A stretch of 64,000 nt of DNA from assembly GCF_006345805.1 (NCBI RefSeq), contig NC_043002.1:44206001-44270000 (forward strand), in the 5' to 3' direction. This document shows, in pieces, positions 1 through 12,730 of this stretch. Under the pieces are notes generated by a model. The model did no database searches. It was not told where the DNA came from and saw only the letters and a program-made list of their open reading frames with translations. Origin of the DNA: Octopus sinensis. Taxonomy: Eukaryota. Numbering within the stretch: position 1 is the stretch's first letter; each line of letters starts with the position of its first letter. The translations under genes and the position numbers were made by a program.

Positions 1-1802
1 TCCGTAGCCACCTGCGTAGGCCATAACGGACTATCTGGGCAGACCGTGTACACACGTTCTCGGTCACCCAAACGTCCAAAATTTTTTTCACCTTCCCTCC
101 CTCGTGGTAAAGGAGGATAAACACCTCCTCTTCACAGGAAGGGACTTCACACTACTCCATCACACATCCCACTGACGGAGCCCTATCCGCAGGTGGTACA
201 CATCCCACCTGCGACTCCGTCGGCGGCCTAGGAACATCCGCCGACCGCCCTGTGTTCCTCTTTTTCCTCTTTCTTTTTGAGGCTGCGGGAGCAGGGGGCT
301 GCGTTGACAGACGCGGTGTGTCGCTACCCTCCTCCGCCGCCTGTACATTCTTTGGTGAGCAACCATTGTTGCTCACCTCTCTTTTTCTTTTGGTGGAGGC
401 AACTTCCTCCACGACTTCCACCGTCCCCCCTCCAATGAAGGGGCGGCGAGCACTTTCTCTTTTTCATGCTGCAGGGTCTTACCACGGCCCTTGGTACAGT
501 TTTTCCTGATATGGCCAGGCTCCAGACACAGGTGACACTTGGGGGGGGCGTCCCTCAAGTATCACCGGGTACCTGTACCCGGCCAGTTTTAAGAAGTCTG
601 GGAATGTTATATCTCCCACCGCCACCGGGGTCCACAGGGTCAAAGTTGCCTTTGACCCCTCCCAGTCGACCGCAGGAGCAACATCCACCCTCAATAGCCC
701 GGGCCCGCTATCCCCCAGGCCTCGCCGGATGGTATCTTCGATCCATCCCGCCTTCGTGCCCGGGGGCAGCCCGTATACCCAGGCTCTTTTTATCTTCCTC
801 CCACAATACGTGGGGAGAAACAAAATTTCATTCCCCTCAAGGGGCTCGCTGGCAAATTTGTCAGCCTCCTCGGGGGTACCAAACAGCAACCAGACCGTTG
901 CAATTTTGGTCCCCCGTGATATAAATTTTATAGTTGGCAGGTAGTCTGCCAACTCTCTCTCTATTATGCTCTTATCGAAGAGGGCGATGGCACCACGTGA
1001 CCTAGAATAGGTTCGTAGCACCACCGTCCTCTTCTCAAGATCTTTAATCCACTGCTTGGGTGGGACTACCTCCCACTCCAAAGCAGCGGCACCGTTTGTT
1101 TTTGCCATGTGCAAAAAAAAAATCGTTTTTTCCTGTGACTGGTAAAAGAAATCCAATAAATCCAAACACAATACTGGCCACAGCCAATGGTAACTGCAAC
1201 TGTAACAGATTCTAATCATTCGGGCGAGTTATCAAAAAAATTCACAATAGATTCACGAAACAGCAGCCGCCGAGAGCAGGCAGAATTGTCACGGAGCTGG
1301 GCGAAATTTATCAACACCCAACCAATTACTATTTGACAAACTACACCCAGCTCAACCGTAAACAAATCCACCTACCTCTACGGTCTTATGCTGATGTTGT
1401 TTTTTTTTCCAGTTCAATATTGGACAGAGCCAACACTTACGTCCACCTTGCAAAAACAGTCCCTCCTGCCTTGTTACTCCTTGGTAATCCACAGACACGA
1501 AGATAATTTTCGCAAAGAAATTAATTTTTGCGGAGGGGCTACGCCTCCTCAAAAACACAATTCTTACTGCAAAGTGAGTCTTTATAGGCGGCCACAGGCA
1601 GGCAAATGTCTGGAACAGAGTGGAGTCTATTACTCACCACAAAATATTAAATACAGGGCAACAAACTCCACTAAGCCCTCAAAACAATACAACAAACGCC
1701 TACCTGTAGTCGGGCCTCAAAGTTCAATATTTCACGACGAAAGACGTGACATCAAGCAGCAAGAACTCTCCGCCAAAAACAAACACGTCCGTCTCCGACA
1801 AA
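1..1802 (-). mobile_element. gag/ORF1-like retroelement B (L1/Tx1-type ORF1); runs off the window start
   Basis: ORF from ATG 1108 (MAKTNG...) to about 152 over three frames, with a frameshift in the G8 run at 541-548 and a second near 425-435. CX2CX4HX4C knuckle CHLCLEPGHIRKNC. GC-rich 5' UTR of about 700 nt carrying GGACGTG. Confidence 0.7.
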
Positions 1803-1818
1803 GGTTAGCAAGCTACTT

Positions 1819-3278
1819 TATTTCTTTTAAATTGTCATAAAGGCATTACACAGAGGGGACACTACAACACATGTGGGACATATAACGATTAAAAATAAAA
1901 TATGATATAATGAATGAACATGAAAATGCACATGAAGAACAAATTAAAATATGATAATATGAATGATATCTGAAAATGATATTATGAAGTGTGTGCTACT
2001 CACCCCACACTGAGTAACACAACTCGCTGTCTCTGGGTCCTGAGTCCTTTTTCTCTTTTCGTCCAATCCTTTTTCCCTTTTCACTGTCACTTAATGATAA
2101 CATTCTCTCCGTCATGCATTCATAACCTTTTTCACCAGGAGTGGGGTCTTCTAAATTTTGTGGTATCTGTTCTTTCTTTTTCTTTTTTTCTTGAGGGGAA
2201 ATGGGGTGGGTGGGTTTGGTGTCTGCATGGGGAGAGGGTGGGTCTGAGTGGTCTTGGGTGGGATGGGGTTGGACTGGGGTGCCACATCATAATCAGTGTC
2301 TTTTCTTTCTCTTTCTCCTATTACGCTCTGCAATTTTCCATTCTTCCTTTTTTTATCGTTTCCTTCGTCTATTTTGTCTTCCTCTCTTTTCTCTTCTGTC
2401 TCCGCAACTATATCCTCAGCCGTAGTCCTTCGTAGAGGGAAGTATGCTCTAATGTGGCCCTTTTGGCCATATTTAAAACAACGTGGTACTCTGTCCTCTA
2501 CCCACACCCCCAGCACGATTTCCCCCAGCGTCACAGTCTCTGCCAAGTTCTCAAGTTGTCCCTCCTCCGTCTGAATTATTAACTCGAGCGTCCTTCCTTT
2601 CCACCCTCCTTCTTCTGTTTCTGTGGCTTGGAGGACAGCCACCTTCTCCTCGCTTCCAACAAGGACAGCTGCCGCTACCCAAGCCTCATTTATATCAGGC
2701 AAAGTTCCTTCTACCCTTATCTTGGAAGTCCTTCTTCCAAGATACGTGGGTAGAAGGACCATTTCCTTCGTCTTTACCGTTTTGCCCGACATCCTCCTTG
2801 CCTCCTCCTCTATTCTAAACTGGACTACCATTGTCCCATATTGGCATCCTCTTGTCATGTATATTACTCCTTGGATTCCTCCTTTACTGCCTTTTCTATT
2901 TTCTCTATTTCTATTAGGTCGACCTTCTTATTCTTTATCGAGTAAACTTTGTATATGACCGTTCTTCTTTTTACGCCATCCATTATTCTTTGTGGGGGTG
3001 ACAACGTCACGTTGCCGCCCACTTTCTGCACCATTTTTCCATGCTCCTTCATTCTTGATAAATCCACCTCTTTTCTCTTCACCTCCACAGCCTCTGCGAA
3101 ACTCTTCGTTTTCTTCAAATATTCATCCATGCCTTCTACTGCTCTCAGCAGCTCCTCCTCCTCTGAAGACAGCTCAGACCAGCTAAGGTCCGAGTACATT
3201 ACTAACCTCAAAGCAGCAAAAGGAAAAACGTCCGACTCGCACACAAACGACAAACCAAATGCACTATGGGTAACCGGA
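1819..3278 (-). mobile_element. ORF1-only (gag-like) non-autonomous retroelement A with 12 bp TSD
   Basis: ATG 3199 to stop 2151, with ORFs 2864-3283 and 2151-2858 in one frame separated by a single stop. Degenerate knuckle CFKYGQKGHIRAYF. LPTYLGRR motif shared with element B (LPTYCGRK). Ends ...AAAGAAATAA. Flanked by AGCAAGCTACTT at 1807-1818 and 3279-3290. Confidence 0.75.
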
Positions 3279-3312
3279 AGCAAGCTACTTACTACACAGC
3301 CACTCCTGTACC
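3279..3312 (-). mobile_element. 5' head of tRNA-like SINE (family B), interrupted by element A
   Basis: Minus strand CAGGAGTGGCTGTGTAGTAAGTAGCTTGCT matches the start of the SINE copies at about 12390 and 48215. Confidence 0.65.
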
Positions 3313-3589
3313 TATTAGTTTCTCTTATATAAATGCTAACTAATTCTATATCTCGATTAATGTTTTAAATGCAGCAAGAAGCTAATATTGACGTTTCAGT
3401 CAACCATATATTTATGTTTTTTACTTCCTTCGTTCACTGGACTCGAGCCACTATCGAACGAATCGATCTCAATACTCAATTGCTTAATCTTAAGTTTTAA
3501 GTCTGGTACTTACGTTGGTCTCTTTTTCCGAACTTTAAACTTTCGGGATTGTCAAGCAGTGAGAAGAGACCACACGCAAACACGTAAAC

Positions 3590-5000
3590 ACACACACACA
3601 CATATGACGGGTTTCCACTCAGTCTCAGTCTGCCAAATTCAACTACAATGCACTGGGCGATATGGGGCTAAAGTACGAGGGACGTTCAATAAGTAATGCC
3701 TCTGACCCACTTGCAGTTGTTTGATCTAGTTGACATTTTGCATGTGCAATTGCTTATATCTCTATAGATTAAGTGGCAAATTACAGCTCTGAACTAATTT
3801 ACAGGTGTTTGAACCGAGTCAAGTGTGAAATGGAGCCTGTTGAGTGTCGAGCAGTGATCCGGTTTTTGTATTTGAAAGGACGCACACCACGGGAGACTTT
3901 TGATGAAATGAAAGTAACTTATGGTGATGATGCCCCATCATATGACCTTGTAAAACGCTGGCATCGTGAATTCAAACATGGTCGGAACTCTGTGGAAATA
4001 GCTCCCAGATCTGGTCGCCCTCTTCTGCCATTGATGAGGCATCTGTCCGTCAAGTTGAGGCTGCCATTTTGGAAGATCGACGCATAATTATTCGCCAAAT
4101 AGCCCATGAGGTCAAGATTAGTACCGGGTCTGTGGAAACTATCATTCATGACCATTTGCATATGCAAAAGGTGTCTGCCAGATGGATTCCCAGGTTGCTC
4201 ACGCCTTTCCAGAAGCAAGAACGCGTCGAGTGCTCGAGGGTGAATTTGGAGATGTGCCAAGAAGATGAGTCAAAATTTTTCAAAAGACTGATTACACAGG
4301 ATGAAACCTGGGTCCATCACGATGATCCAGAGACCAAATCCCAGTCAATGCAGTGGAAGTACCGTGAGTCACCCCCTCCAAAGAAGGCAAGGATGCAGCC
4401 CTCCGCTGGCAAGGTCATGCTCACAGTCTTCTGGGACCAGGACGGAGTAGTGATGACAGATTTCCTGGCAAAGGGTACCACAATTGCAGGAGCCTATTAT
4501 GCTTCACTTTTGAGGAAATTAAGAGAAGTTATCAAAATCAAGAGGCGGGGCAAGATCAGCAAAGGCATCCTCCTCCTGCAGGACAACGCTCCGGTCCACA
4601 ACTCGCTTGTCGCCAGATCAGAAGCACAGGCGTATAGCTATGAAATCCTCCCCCATCCCCCTACTTTCCTGACTTTGCACCCTCTGATTTTCACCTCTTC
4701 CCAATCATGAAGTTGTTTTTGAAAGGAAAGCGTTTCCCAGATGATGCAGCCTTGATTTCTGAAGTCACGTTGAGGTTGGAGGACCAAGCTGGGTTCTTCT
4801 ACAAAAACGGTCTCCAGAGCCGCATCAAACGATGGGAGAAATTCATAAGTCTGGGTGGATCCTATGTAGAAAAAGACTAATAACTGTGCCAAGTTTCGTT
4901 GCTCTACTGCTATGGGAAGTGAGTCAGGGGCATTACTTATTGAACGCCCCTCGTAGAAGACCTCTGCCCAAGCGGTACGCAATCTCACAGGGGGCTTAAA
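3590..5000 (-). mobile_element. SINE family B split by the mariner insertion
   Basis: ...GGGGCTAAAG-TA [mariner] TA-GAAGACCTCTGCCCAAG... rejoins to the reverse complement of the SINE-B core seen at 12480-12530. Confidence 0.6.
3676..4953 (+). mobile_element. mariner (DD34D) transposon, full length, transposase frameshifted
   Basis: TIRs CGAGGGACGTTCAATAAGTAATGCC / GGCATTACTTATTGAACGCCCCTCG with TA TSDs at 3674-5 and 4954-5. Transposase ATG 3830 to TAA 4880 with HTH, ITQDETWVHH, LQDNAPVH and PYFPDFAPSD. Frameshifts near 4030 and 4660. Confidence 0.95.
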
Positions 5001-5096
5001 CATAAACTCATATCTTCTTAAAGAATTGTAGCCTTTCTCGCGAGTAACTCTTTGTTTATAATTCAACAATTCTAACGTTGACAATTAGATAAATAG

Positions 5097-5175
<79 letters not shown>

Positions 5176-5397
5176 CTCATATAAGTAGATGTATATATTC
5201 ACGTATGCATATGCATACGTGAATATTTATATACATACACATGCATATATATATATATATATATATATGATAGATGAATGAATAGATAGATAGATGTCTA
5301 TAATTATTCACACACAGACACACACACCTACATGTATATGCAGACGTATATATTCAGGTACGTATGTACATACTTAAATATTTATATATATGCATAA

Positions 5398-5473
<76 letters not shown>

Positions 5474-6247
5474 TATGTGCATAATTATTCACACATACAT
5501 ACATAAATATATATGCATACATGTGTGTGTGTATGTGTAGTTATGTGTATAATGTGTTTGGAATACGTTTCTTTTCTCTGAAAAACAAAAATAGCTGTTA
5601 GGTTATTTTCTGCTGTTTTGTATTTGTTTATTTAGTGATTCTGGATTTGTTTTTTTGCTTTCCCGAAGATGTATAGTGAACTATAAAACAGCATGAATAT
5701 TTTAACGCACAAAAGAGTACGCCAATACACTGTATGTGCTAAACCAGGAAATTTATTTAGTACCTTGTTATTTCTTGTCTTCGTCAAATATATTATGACA
5801 ACTATAAATCTTTTATCCAGCTAGCATCTTTCAGAATTTTTCCTGTGGTGCTTTAAACGTTTAGCAGTTTAAATGCTTGACTTATTAATAAATCATCTTG
5901 ACTTATTAATAAATATCTCCCCGAAAGAATAGCACCCTTGTTTTGACATTGAAGTGTTTATAAAATTTTATGGAAAATCAAAGAGCAGAAAACAATATAT
6001 CCAACGGAATATAAAATCACATTGAAGTAGGTGAGATTTCAAATGATTTTTAATTTTGTTTAATTTTAAAACAAATTTAAATTGTATGTGAATTGACCTA
6101 CGCTGTTTGTTATTAAACAACGCTGTTTGTTATTAAATTGATTGTTATTAAATTGAATGTGAATTGACCAATGCTGTTTGTTATTAAACTGCTCTTCTAC
6201 GATGTAGTTAGTTACTATTGTTTCCGTTCTTTTCTTTTATCTTCAAG

Positions 6248-6412
6248 GTCCTCCGTTTCCTCCATCTGGTGTATCTGTTGCATTATACAGCGGCACAACA
6301 ACTACACTAACACTCCAGTGGTTAGCTCCATATGACGGTGGCTCTCCAATACTCTTTTACATGATATTAGCCAAACACAATTATGAAAATGACTGGAAGA
6401 TTCTCACAGAAT
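6248..6412 (+). CDS. CNTN: contactin-like exon (FN3 repeat, N-terminal half)
   Basis: AG|GT CCT...GAA T|GTAAGT. Encodes GPPFPPSGVSVALYSGTTTTLTLQWLAPYDGGSPILFYMILAKHNYENDWKILTE. Phase 1/1. Missed by the ORF track. Confidence 0.9.
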
Positions 6413-6944
6413 GTAAGTTACAATAAATATTTAAATACTACATTCAAACAGAAAAAAATCATACGCGTAAAATTGTTTTAAATAAATTAAAGTGGTTAAT
6501 TTATATGATTTGAGTTACATGTATCGTGACGGTCATTTGAATTATGATAAGAGTGGCTATACTTATTATCCTGTACCTCATGTATATTTCTAAAAGGACA
6601 GCAGAAGAAAAAGCATCTCTTTTACAAAGGCTCAATAATTTAAATCATAATAAAACATTGGTATTCATGTGGAAAAAGAATTAAATAAGTGAAACTAGAA
6701 AGGATTCCGACTCACACTACAAATTACTATCAATGCATTCCTTTCTCATAATATTCCCTCGTAACCAATATCTTAAGAACGCATATTAAACGATAGTACC
6801 ACAACAGCAGTGGGAATTATTTAAATTTGGTCCTTGAGACCGTTTCATTGACTGCAGTTGTGTGGTGACATTGTTGACACATGAAGTAAATTTTAAATGA
6901 AAAAATTGAATTGTTCTCGTGTTAATATTATTTCCTTTGTGAAC

Positions 6945-7126
6945 GCTGCGAGCGGGTAGGATAGTTAGCACGTCTTTGCGTTCTGAGTTCAAAATCCGCG
7001 GAGGTTGACTTTGCCTTTATCCTTTCGAGTCGATAAAATAAGTACCACCCGAGCACTGGGGTACAATGTAATCGACTTATAACCCTCCCCAAAAATTGCT
7101 GGCCTTGTGCCAAAATTTGAAACCAA
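6945..7126 (+). mobile_element. SINE family A
   Basis: GTTCTGAGTTCAAAATCCGCGGAGGTTGACTTTGCCTTT...CCAAAATTTGAAAC core repeated throughout the window. Confidence 0.8.
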
Positions 7127-7189
7127 TATTATTTCCTTTGTGCTCTAAAATACTGGACACGAGGGAATTGTATGTGTCTTTCACTTATT

Positions 7190-9405
7190 TCATAGCTTTC
7201 TACGTTACTGTCAGTATTTTGTGATGCAATTTCTCGCTAACACCAAAGAACGCAAACTTCACTAACTTCTCCATTCCATCACACCCAAAGCCACTACCCC
7301 AACTCCTCCACTACCCCTCTTCCTCCCTGATGCGCTCTACCACCCTCACCATACCACTCCACCCTCCACCCACCACCCACACACACATAACCCCATCCCC
7401 TTCCTCTCAGCCTTCCATCATCCCCACCACCCCTCTTACTTCTACCCCATCCACCCCTCCTACTTCTATCCCGTCCACCCCGCCTGCTTCTACCCCATCC
7501 ACCCCTCACCACTTCAGTCTGCTGTTACCATTCCATCAGATCTTCCCCTCTCTGAGGCGGAGCTCTCCCTCCTCAGTAGAGTTCTGCGCTTCATTCCTCT
7601 CACTCCATCCAACAACGAATTTCGGACTCGTGCCGATATTCACAGCTTTGTGCGCCGTGTTAGGTTGTGTGCGCTTTTCCGCGTCAATCCGCCTGCATCT
7701 AATGAGGACTGCTTCACCGACCTGGGCCGCCGACCATCCCAGTGGACGCCAGCTCCTGGCCAGTTCCAAGCAGTCGATCCTTTTGCGGGCGCCTGCCAGC
7801 GCGCTGTGGACCGGTTTAACTTTTCCGGGCGTCCCCGTCATCTAAACATCTCCCCAGCTGAACCCTCGGGCCTTCGATGTCTCCAACACCGCACGAACAT
7901 CGTCATAAAACCGGCCGACAAGGGTGGAGCCGTGGTGTTGTGGCGTGCGGACCTCTACAAGGCCGAAGCAGTCCGCCAACTTCAAAACACCTCCATCTAC
8001 TGTTCTTTGCCTCTGACCCCACGCCCAGCTACCAATAAACTGTGTCCTCCACTACCCATGAACTCCCGTCTCCCCACACCGCCTCCAACCTCATTGTCCG
8101 CACCCCTCGCACACCCACCGTTTACTTCCTCCCGCAAATCCACAAACCTAACGAACTTGGCCGCCCCATCGTCTCTGCCTGCAACTGCCCCACCGAACTC
8201 ATCTCCAGATATCTTGACCGTGTCCTTGCCCCCCCTAGTGGCTTCCGTCCCCTCTCACATCCATGACACCAACCACGCTCTTCGTTCGTTCAACTCTTTC
8301 TCCTTCCCTCCTCGTCTCTCTAAACTTCTCTTCACCCTCGACATCCAGGCCCTTACACGGTGATCCTTCACCAAGAGGGACTGCGTGCACTCCAACATTT
8401 CCGTGATCACCCACACAACCTCCATCCTGACACATCACACTGGTTCATCTGACCGAACTTGTCTTCTCACTCAACTGCTTCTCATTCGCGGGTGATTTCT
8501 ACCAGTAGCTCTCAGAAGAGGCCATGGGAACGAGAATGGGCCCCAACTATGCGAACCTGTTCGTTGGCTACGTTGAGGCGCAAATATTCTCAAGTTTCAC
8601 CGGTTCCACTCCCGAACTATACGGCCGTTATATTGACGACTGTATCGGTGCGACCTCACTCTGCCGCGAACATCTAGACTCCTTCCTCTCTTTTGTCAAC
8701 TCTTTCCATCCTGCCCTCCACTTCTCCTGCACTATCTCCGACACCTCTGTCTCCTTCCTTGACATTTCGGTCAGCATTCATCGCTCCACTCTCACCACCT
8801 CCATCAACTACAAACACACAGACTCACACTCATACCTCAACCTCTCTTCTTTCCACCCTAAACACACCGAGCTTTCCATTTCCTATTCCCAATTCCTCCG
8901 TCTACGCAGGCCCTGTAGTGACGACCATGACTTTGAAACTCAGCCTCAACTCATGGCTCGCCACGACATTCTACGTGGATATCCCCTCACCACTATCAAC
9001 ACCGCCTGTCCTCTCACCCCGAACCCGCCGTCTCCCGCCTTCCATTTCCCTTCACCTACCACCCCACCACCCTACTCACCGTCACCCTTCATCGACCCTA
9101 TCACATCACCGACTCCTTCACCTGCACTTCTACCAATATCATCTACTGCATCTCCTGCTCTCTCTCTCTCTGCCATTCTCTGTACATCGGGCAAACGGGA
9201 CGCCGTTTGGATGACCGGTTCGCAGAACACCTCCAAGACATCCGACTCGGCAATGGCACCTCGGTCTCGCGCAATTTCCGCTCTACCGGTCCTATTTGCA
9301 ACACTTGTCCGTGTTCTGATTGTCCTTGCACAGGAGTCATCCGGACTCCCGTTTGATCAGGGATTAATCTTCTCTCTTCGCTCCTTTGCGCCACATGGGC
9401 TCAAC
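7190..9405 (+). mobile_element. Penelope-like element (RT + GIY-YIG), probably Neptune-like, frameshifted
   Basis: IKPADKGGAVV, YFLPQIHKP, LFTLDI, MGTRMGPNYANLF, GRYIDD, YKHTDSHSYL, FTCTSTNIIYCISC, LYIGQTGRRLDDRFAEH and PHGLN, followed by a microsatellite. Confidence 0.9.
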
Positions 9406-9418
9406 ACATGTGTGTATG

Positions 9419-9461
<43 letters not shown>

Positions 9462-9553
9462 GCATATATATATATGTATATATATTTATGTATATCTATG
9501 CATAAGTGTATATATATGTGTATATATTTATGTATATATTATGTATATATATA

Positions 9554-9594
<41 letters not shown>

Positions 9595-9702
9595 TAGATA
9601 GATAAAATTTACTTGGAAGAGGATGCGTAGCGTTCAATCATATAATAATATAAATAATATATATACATGCATATATACAAACGTATATATATATATAAAC
9701 AT

Positions 9703-10177
9703 ATATGCATATGTTGGCACAGGACGTCACGAAACGTATACAACAAAGAGGTATGAAGCACGAGTACATGGAACATGAACAATTCTTCAGAACAACGAAA
9801 GACACAAATGGAAAAGAAAACAAACAACATAAAAAACGACCCTTCATCATTTGTTGGCTGTTTTTCTAGTCTCATATTTCGAGCATTTAACAACAATGTA
9901 CACTTTCGATAAAACACTTGCTTCCGAAAAGCAAATTAATTAAAATTTGGGATGCTTTGCGGGAGCAACTGTTTTATAGAAAGCGTATATTGTTGTTAAA
10001 TGTTCAAAATACGAAACAAGAAAAATGGCCAACAACTGATGAAGGGTCATTCTTTATGTTGTTTGCATTGTTTTCTGTTTGTGTATTTTCGTTGTTCGAA
10101 AGAATAGTTCATGTTCCATGTACTGGTGCTTCGTACTTTCTTGTTGTGCACCTTTCGTGACGACCTGTGCCCACATA

Positions 10178-10185
<8 letters not shown>
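9703..10185. repeat. fold-back element (about 220 bp imperfect inverted arms)
   Basis: Opposite-strand ORFs 9609-9917(-) and 9918-10160(+) give near-identical peptides. Flanked by (TA)n. Confidence 0.8.
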
Positions 10186-10222
<37 letters not shown>

Positions 10223-10302
10223 TAATAATAAATATTAGGGAATAAATCCAAACTTACAGGGAAAAATCAGATTTAGGATTGAATCCAATTTTATAGTAAA
10301 AT

Positions 10303-10690
10303 ATTATATTATATTAAATTAGAGATAAAACCACTATTAGGCAAATCATACAATGAAAAACTTAAGCCAATACATAAGATTATTTAATTTATATTATTTA
10401 AATATATAGCAAAATTATTTAAAAAATATAATTAATATAACACTACGATCATTTCATTGATTAAACCTCGCCAAGTTAAATATTTAAACCGCCTGATGAA
10501 TGACTGTAACTCGAAAATTTAAAGAAATTAACAGCCATGAAACGATCGTAGTGTTATATTACTTATATTTTTTAATAATTTTGCTATATATTTAAATAAT
10601 ATAAATTAAATAATCTTATGTATTGGCTTAAGTTTTTCATTGTATGATTTGCCTAATAGTGGTTTTATCTCTAATTTAATATAATATTAT
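10303..10690. repeat. fold-back element (about 155 bp near-perfect arms) with a hammerhead motif at the centre
   Basis: Arms 10303-10457 and 10537-10690 are reverse complements. Confidence 0.85.
10486..10557 (+). ncRNA. minimal type I hammerhead ribozyme-like motif with weak stem I
   Basis: CTGATGA 10493-9; stem II 10500-7/10531-8 (7 of 8 pairs); GAAA 10539-42; AC-GATC-GT stem III; GUA triplet ending 10550. Confidence 0.55.
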
Positions 10691-10691
10691 A

Positions 10692-10758
<67 letters not shown>

Positions 10759-11228
10759 CACTCACACACACACACACATATATATATATATACGTATAAA
10801 TGTATGTACATATACGTATATATATATATATGCACACACACACATATATATATAACAAAAATATCCTTATAAGTGATAATATTTTAGACGTTCTTTGATG
10901 CGTTATATCAAATAAAATGAACTGAAGTAAATTTTGTTGTTAATTATGGTCTTATTGAGTCATTTCTTTGTTATTTTTTTTATTATTTGTATGTTATTGT
11001 CCTCTTTTTGACAGAAACAGCTGTCTGGAAGTATTGGGTAATGAATTAATAAACCCATAACTAACAACAAAGTCAGCTTCAGTTCATTTTATTTTACGTA
11101 TAATGCTATTTGGCTATAGAACATTCATACGAATATACGTCGGATAAAAAAAATTGGAAACCTAGGGAACAATTCCTTCAGGAGATGAAGTAATTTTTTC
11201 ATCTGAATAAATACAATACATATATATG

Positions 11229-11306
<78 letters not shown>

Positions 11307-12389
11307 CATATATATGTATATGTATAAATATATGTATATATATGTGTGCATATATATATATACATATATATGTATAAATTTATGTATATATACACACATA
11401 TATATGTGTTTGTATGTATATACATGTATATGTGCATATATATATGTATATACATATATATCTTTTTTTTATATATATCTTTTTTTCCCCAACATTTATA
11501 ATTTCAATAATCATGAACATTATACCAATGTCTATCTATAAACCTTGAATTTATATATAAAAAAAAAGCCGGTGCACATTTTTATATAGTTCCTCTGTAA
11601 TTTTATATCCTCATAGATGCTTATTCTATACACACCACTAAACCATTCTAAATTACACTAATTTCATTTGTGTATTTTTATATGATACCTATTTGATCCA
11701 GAATCCATATCTATAAATATTTTATTTATATAACCCTTTGCACATATTAAATAGTCCCTTCGTACTTAAATATACTCGGAAATGTTTATTCTATACATAC
11801 CACTAACCATTCTAAATTCGCTAATTCCTCTTGTTTATTTTCAGACCCTAGATCTGCCATAAATAAATTACTTAATACTAATTCAAATTTATTAGATACA
11901 TAACACATCCAGAATTTACACCTACAAATTTTGTCTTTATATAATAGCCAACCCGGTGCACACCAACTATAACTCATAGATATAAATATAGATAATTTAT
12001 CACCGTACTGTTCATCTTATTTATCTTCTCACTTTGGTTAATTTCAAATATAAACACCATACCCGTTACTCATACCAAATTACAATATACCATTATTTAT
12101 AAGAAATAATTTAATGAGAACGTCGATATGTTCTTTTCCTACATTCTAACTCGCAAGTGTTATTAATATCTCATCTATTTTGTTTTTTAAATACCTATCA
12201 TTAACTCACTAAGCTTAATACTCTATCTATAAATTAAATAACTATTAGAACCTGAATTTTAATCCAAAACCTTATCCATTATTCTTTTACTATTTTCCCC
12301 ACTATATAGTGAACTAGAGCGTACATTATCCTTCCATATAATAAATAAATAAATATATAGGTGCAAGAGTTATTGTCTGGTAAGTATCC

Positions 12390-12570
12390 AGGCGCAGTAG
12401 TGGCTGTGTAATAAGTAACTAGGCGCAGGAGTAGCTTTGTGGTATGCTTACCACATGGTTGAGGGTTCAGTCCCACTGCGTGATACCTTGCACAAGTGTC
12501 TTCTACTATAGCCTCGGGCCGATCAAATTCTTGTGAGTAGATTTAGTAGATGGAAACTGAAAGAAGGCCG

Positions 12571-12616
<46 letters not shown>

Positions 12617-12730
12617 CTGTGTCTGTGTTTCTCCCACAACTTCGCTTGACAACCGATGCTGGTGTGTTTACATCCCCGTAACTTAGTGGTTCGGTAATAG
12701 AAACCGATAAAATGAGTATTAGGCTTACAA
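12390..12730 (+). mobile_element. SINE family B with internal (GT)n
   Basis: GCAGGAGTAGC...GGGTTCAGTCCCACTGCG...CTACTATAGCCTCGGGCCG...(GT)n...CCCGTAACTTAG. Confidence 0.8.

Noticed and set aside
1388-2958. Plus-strand ORFs overlapping the gag-like elements
   Set aside because: Antisense frames of purine-biased ORF1 and UTR sequence with no recognisable domain.
8524-9597. 357 aa ORF
   Set aside because: PLE RT fragment that shifts out of frame and reads into a microsatellite; not a separate gene.
10036-10100. CTGATGA motifs at 10036, about 27575, 32114, 32560 and 34285
   Set aside because: I could not find a properly placed stem II, GAAA and NUH with stem I pairing.
11520-12260. Possible PLE RT remnant on the minus strand (LSNLFMADL)
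   Set aside because: One short motif only; too decayed to support a feature.
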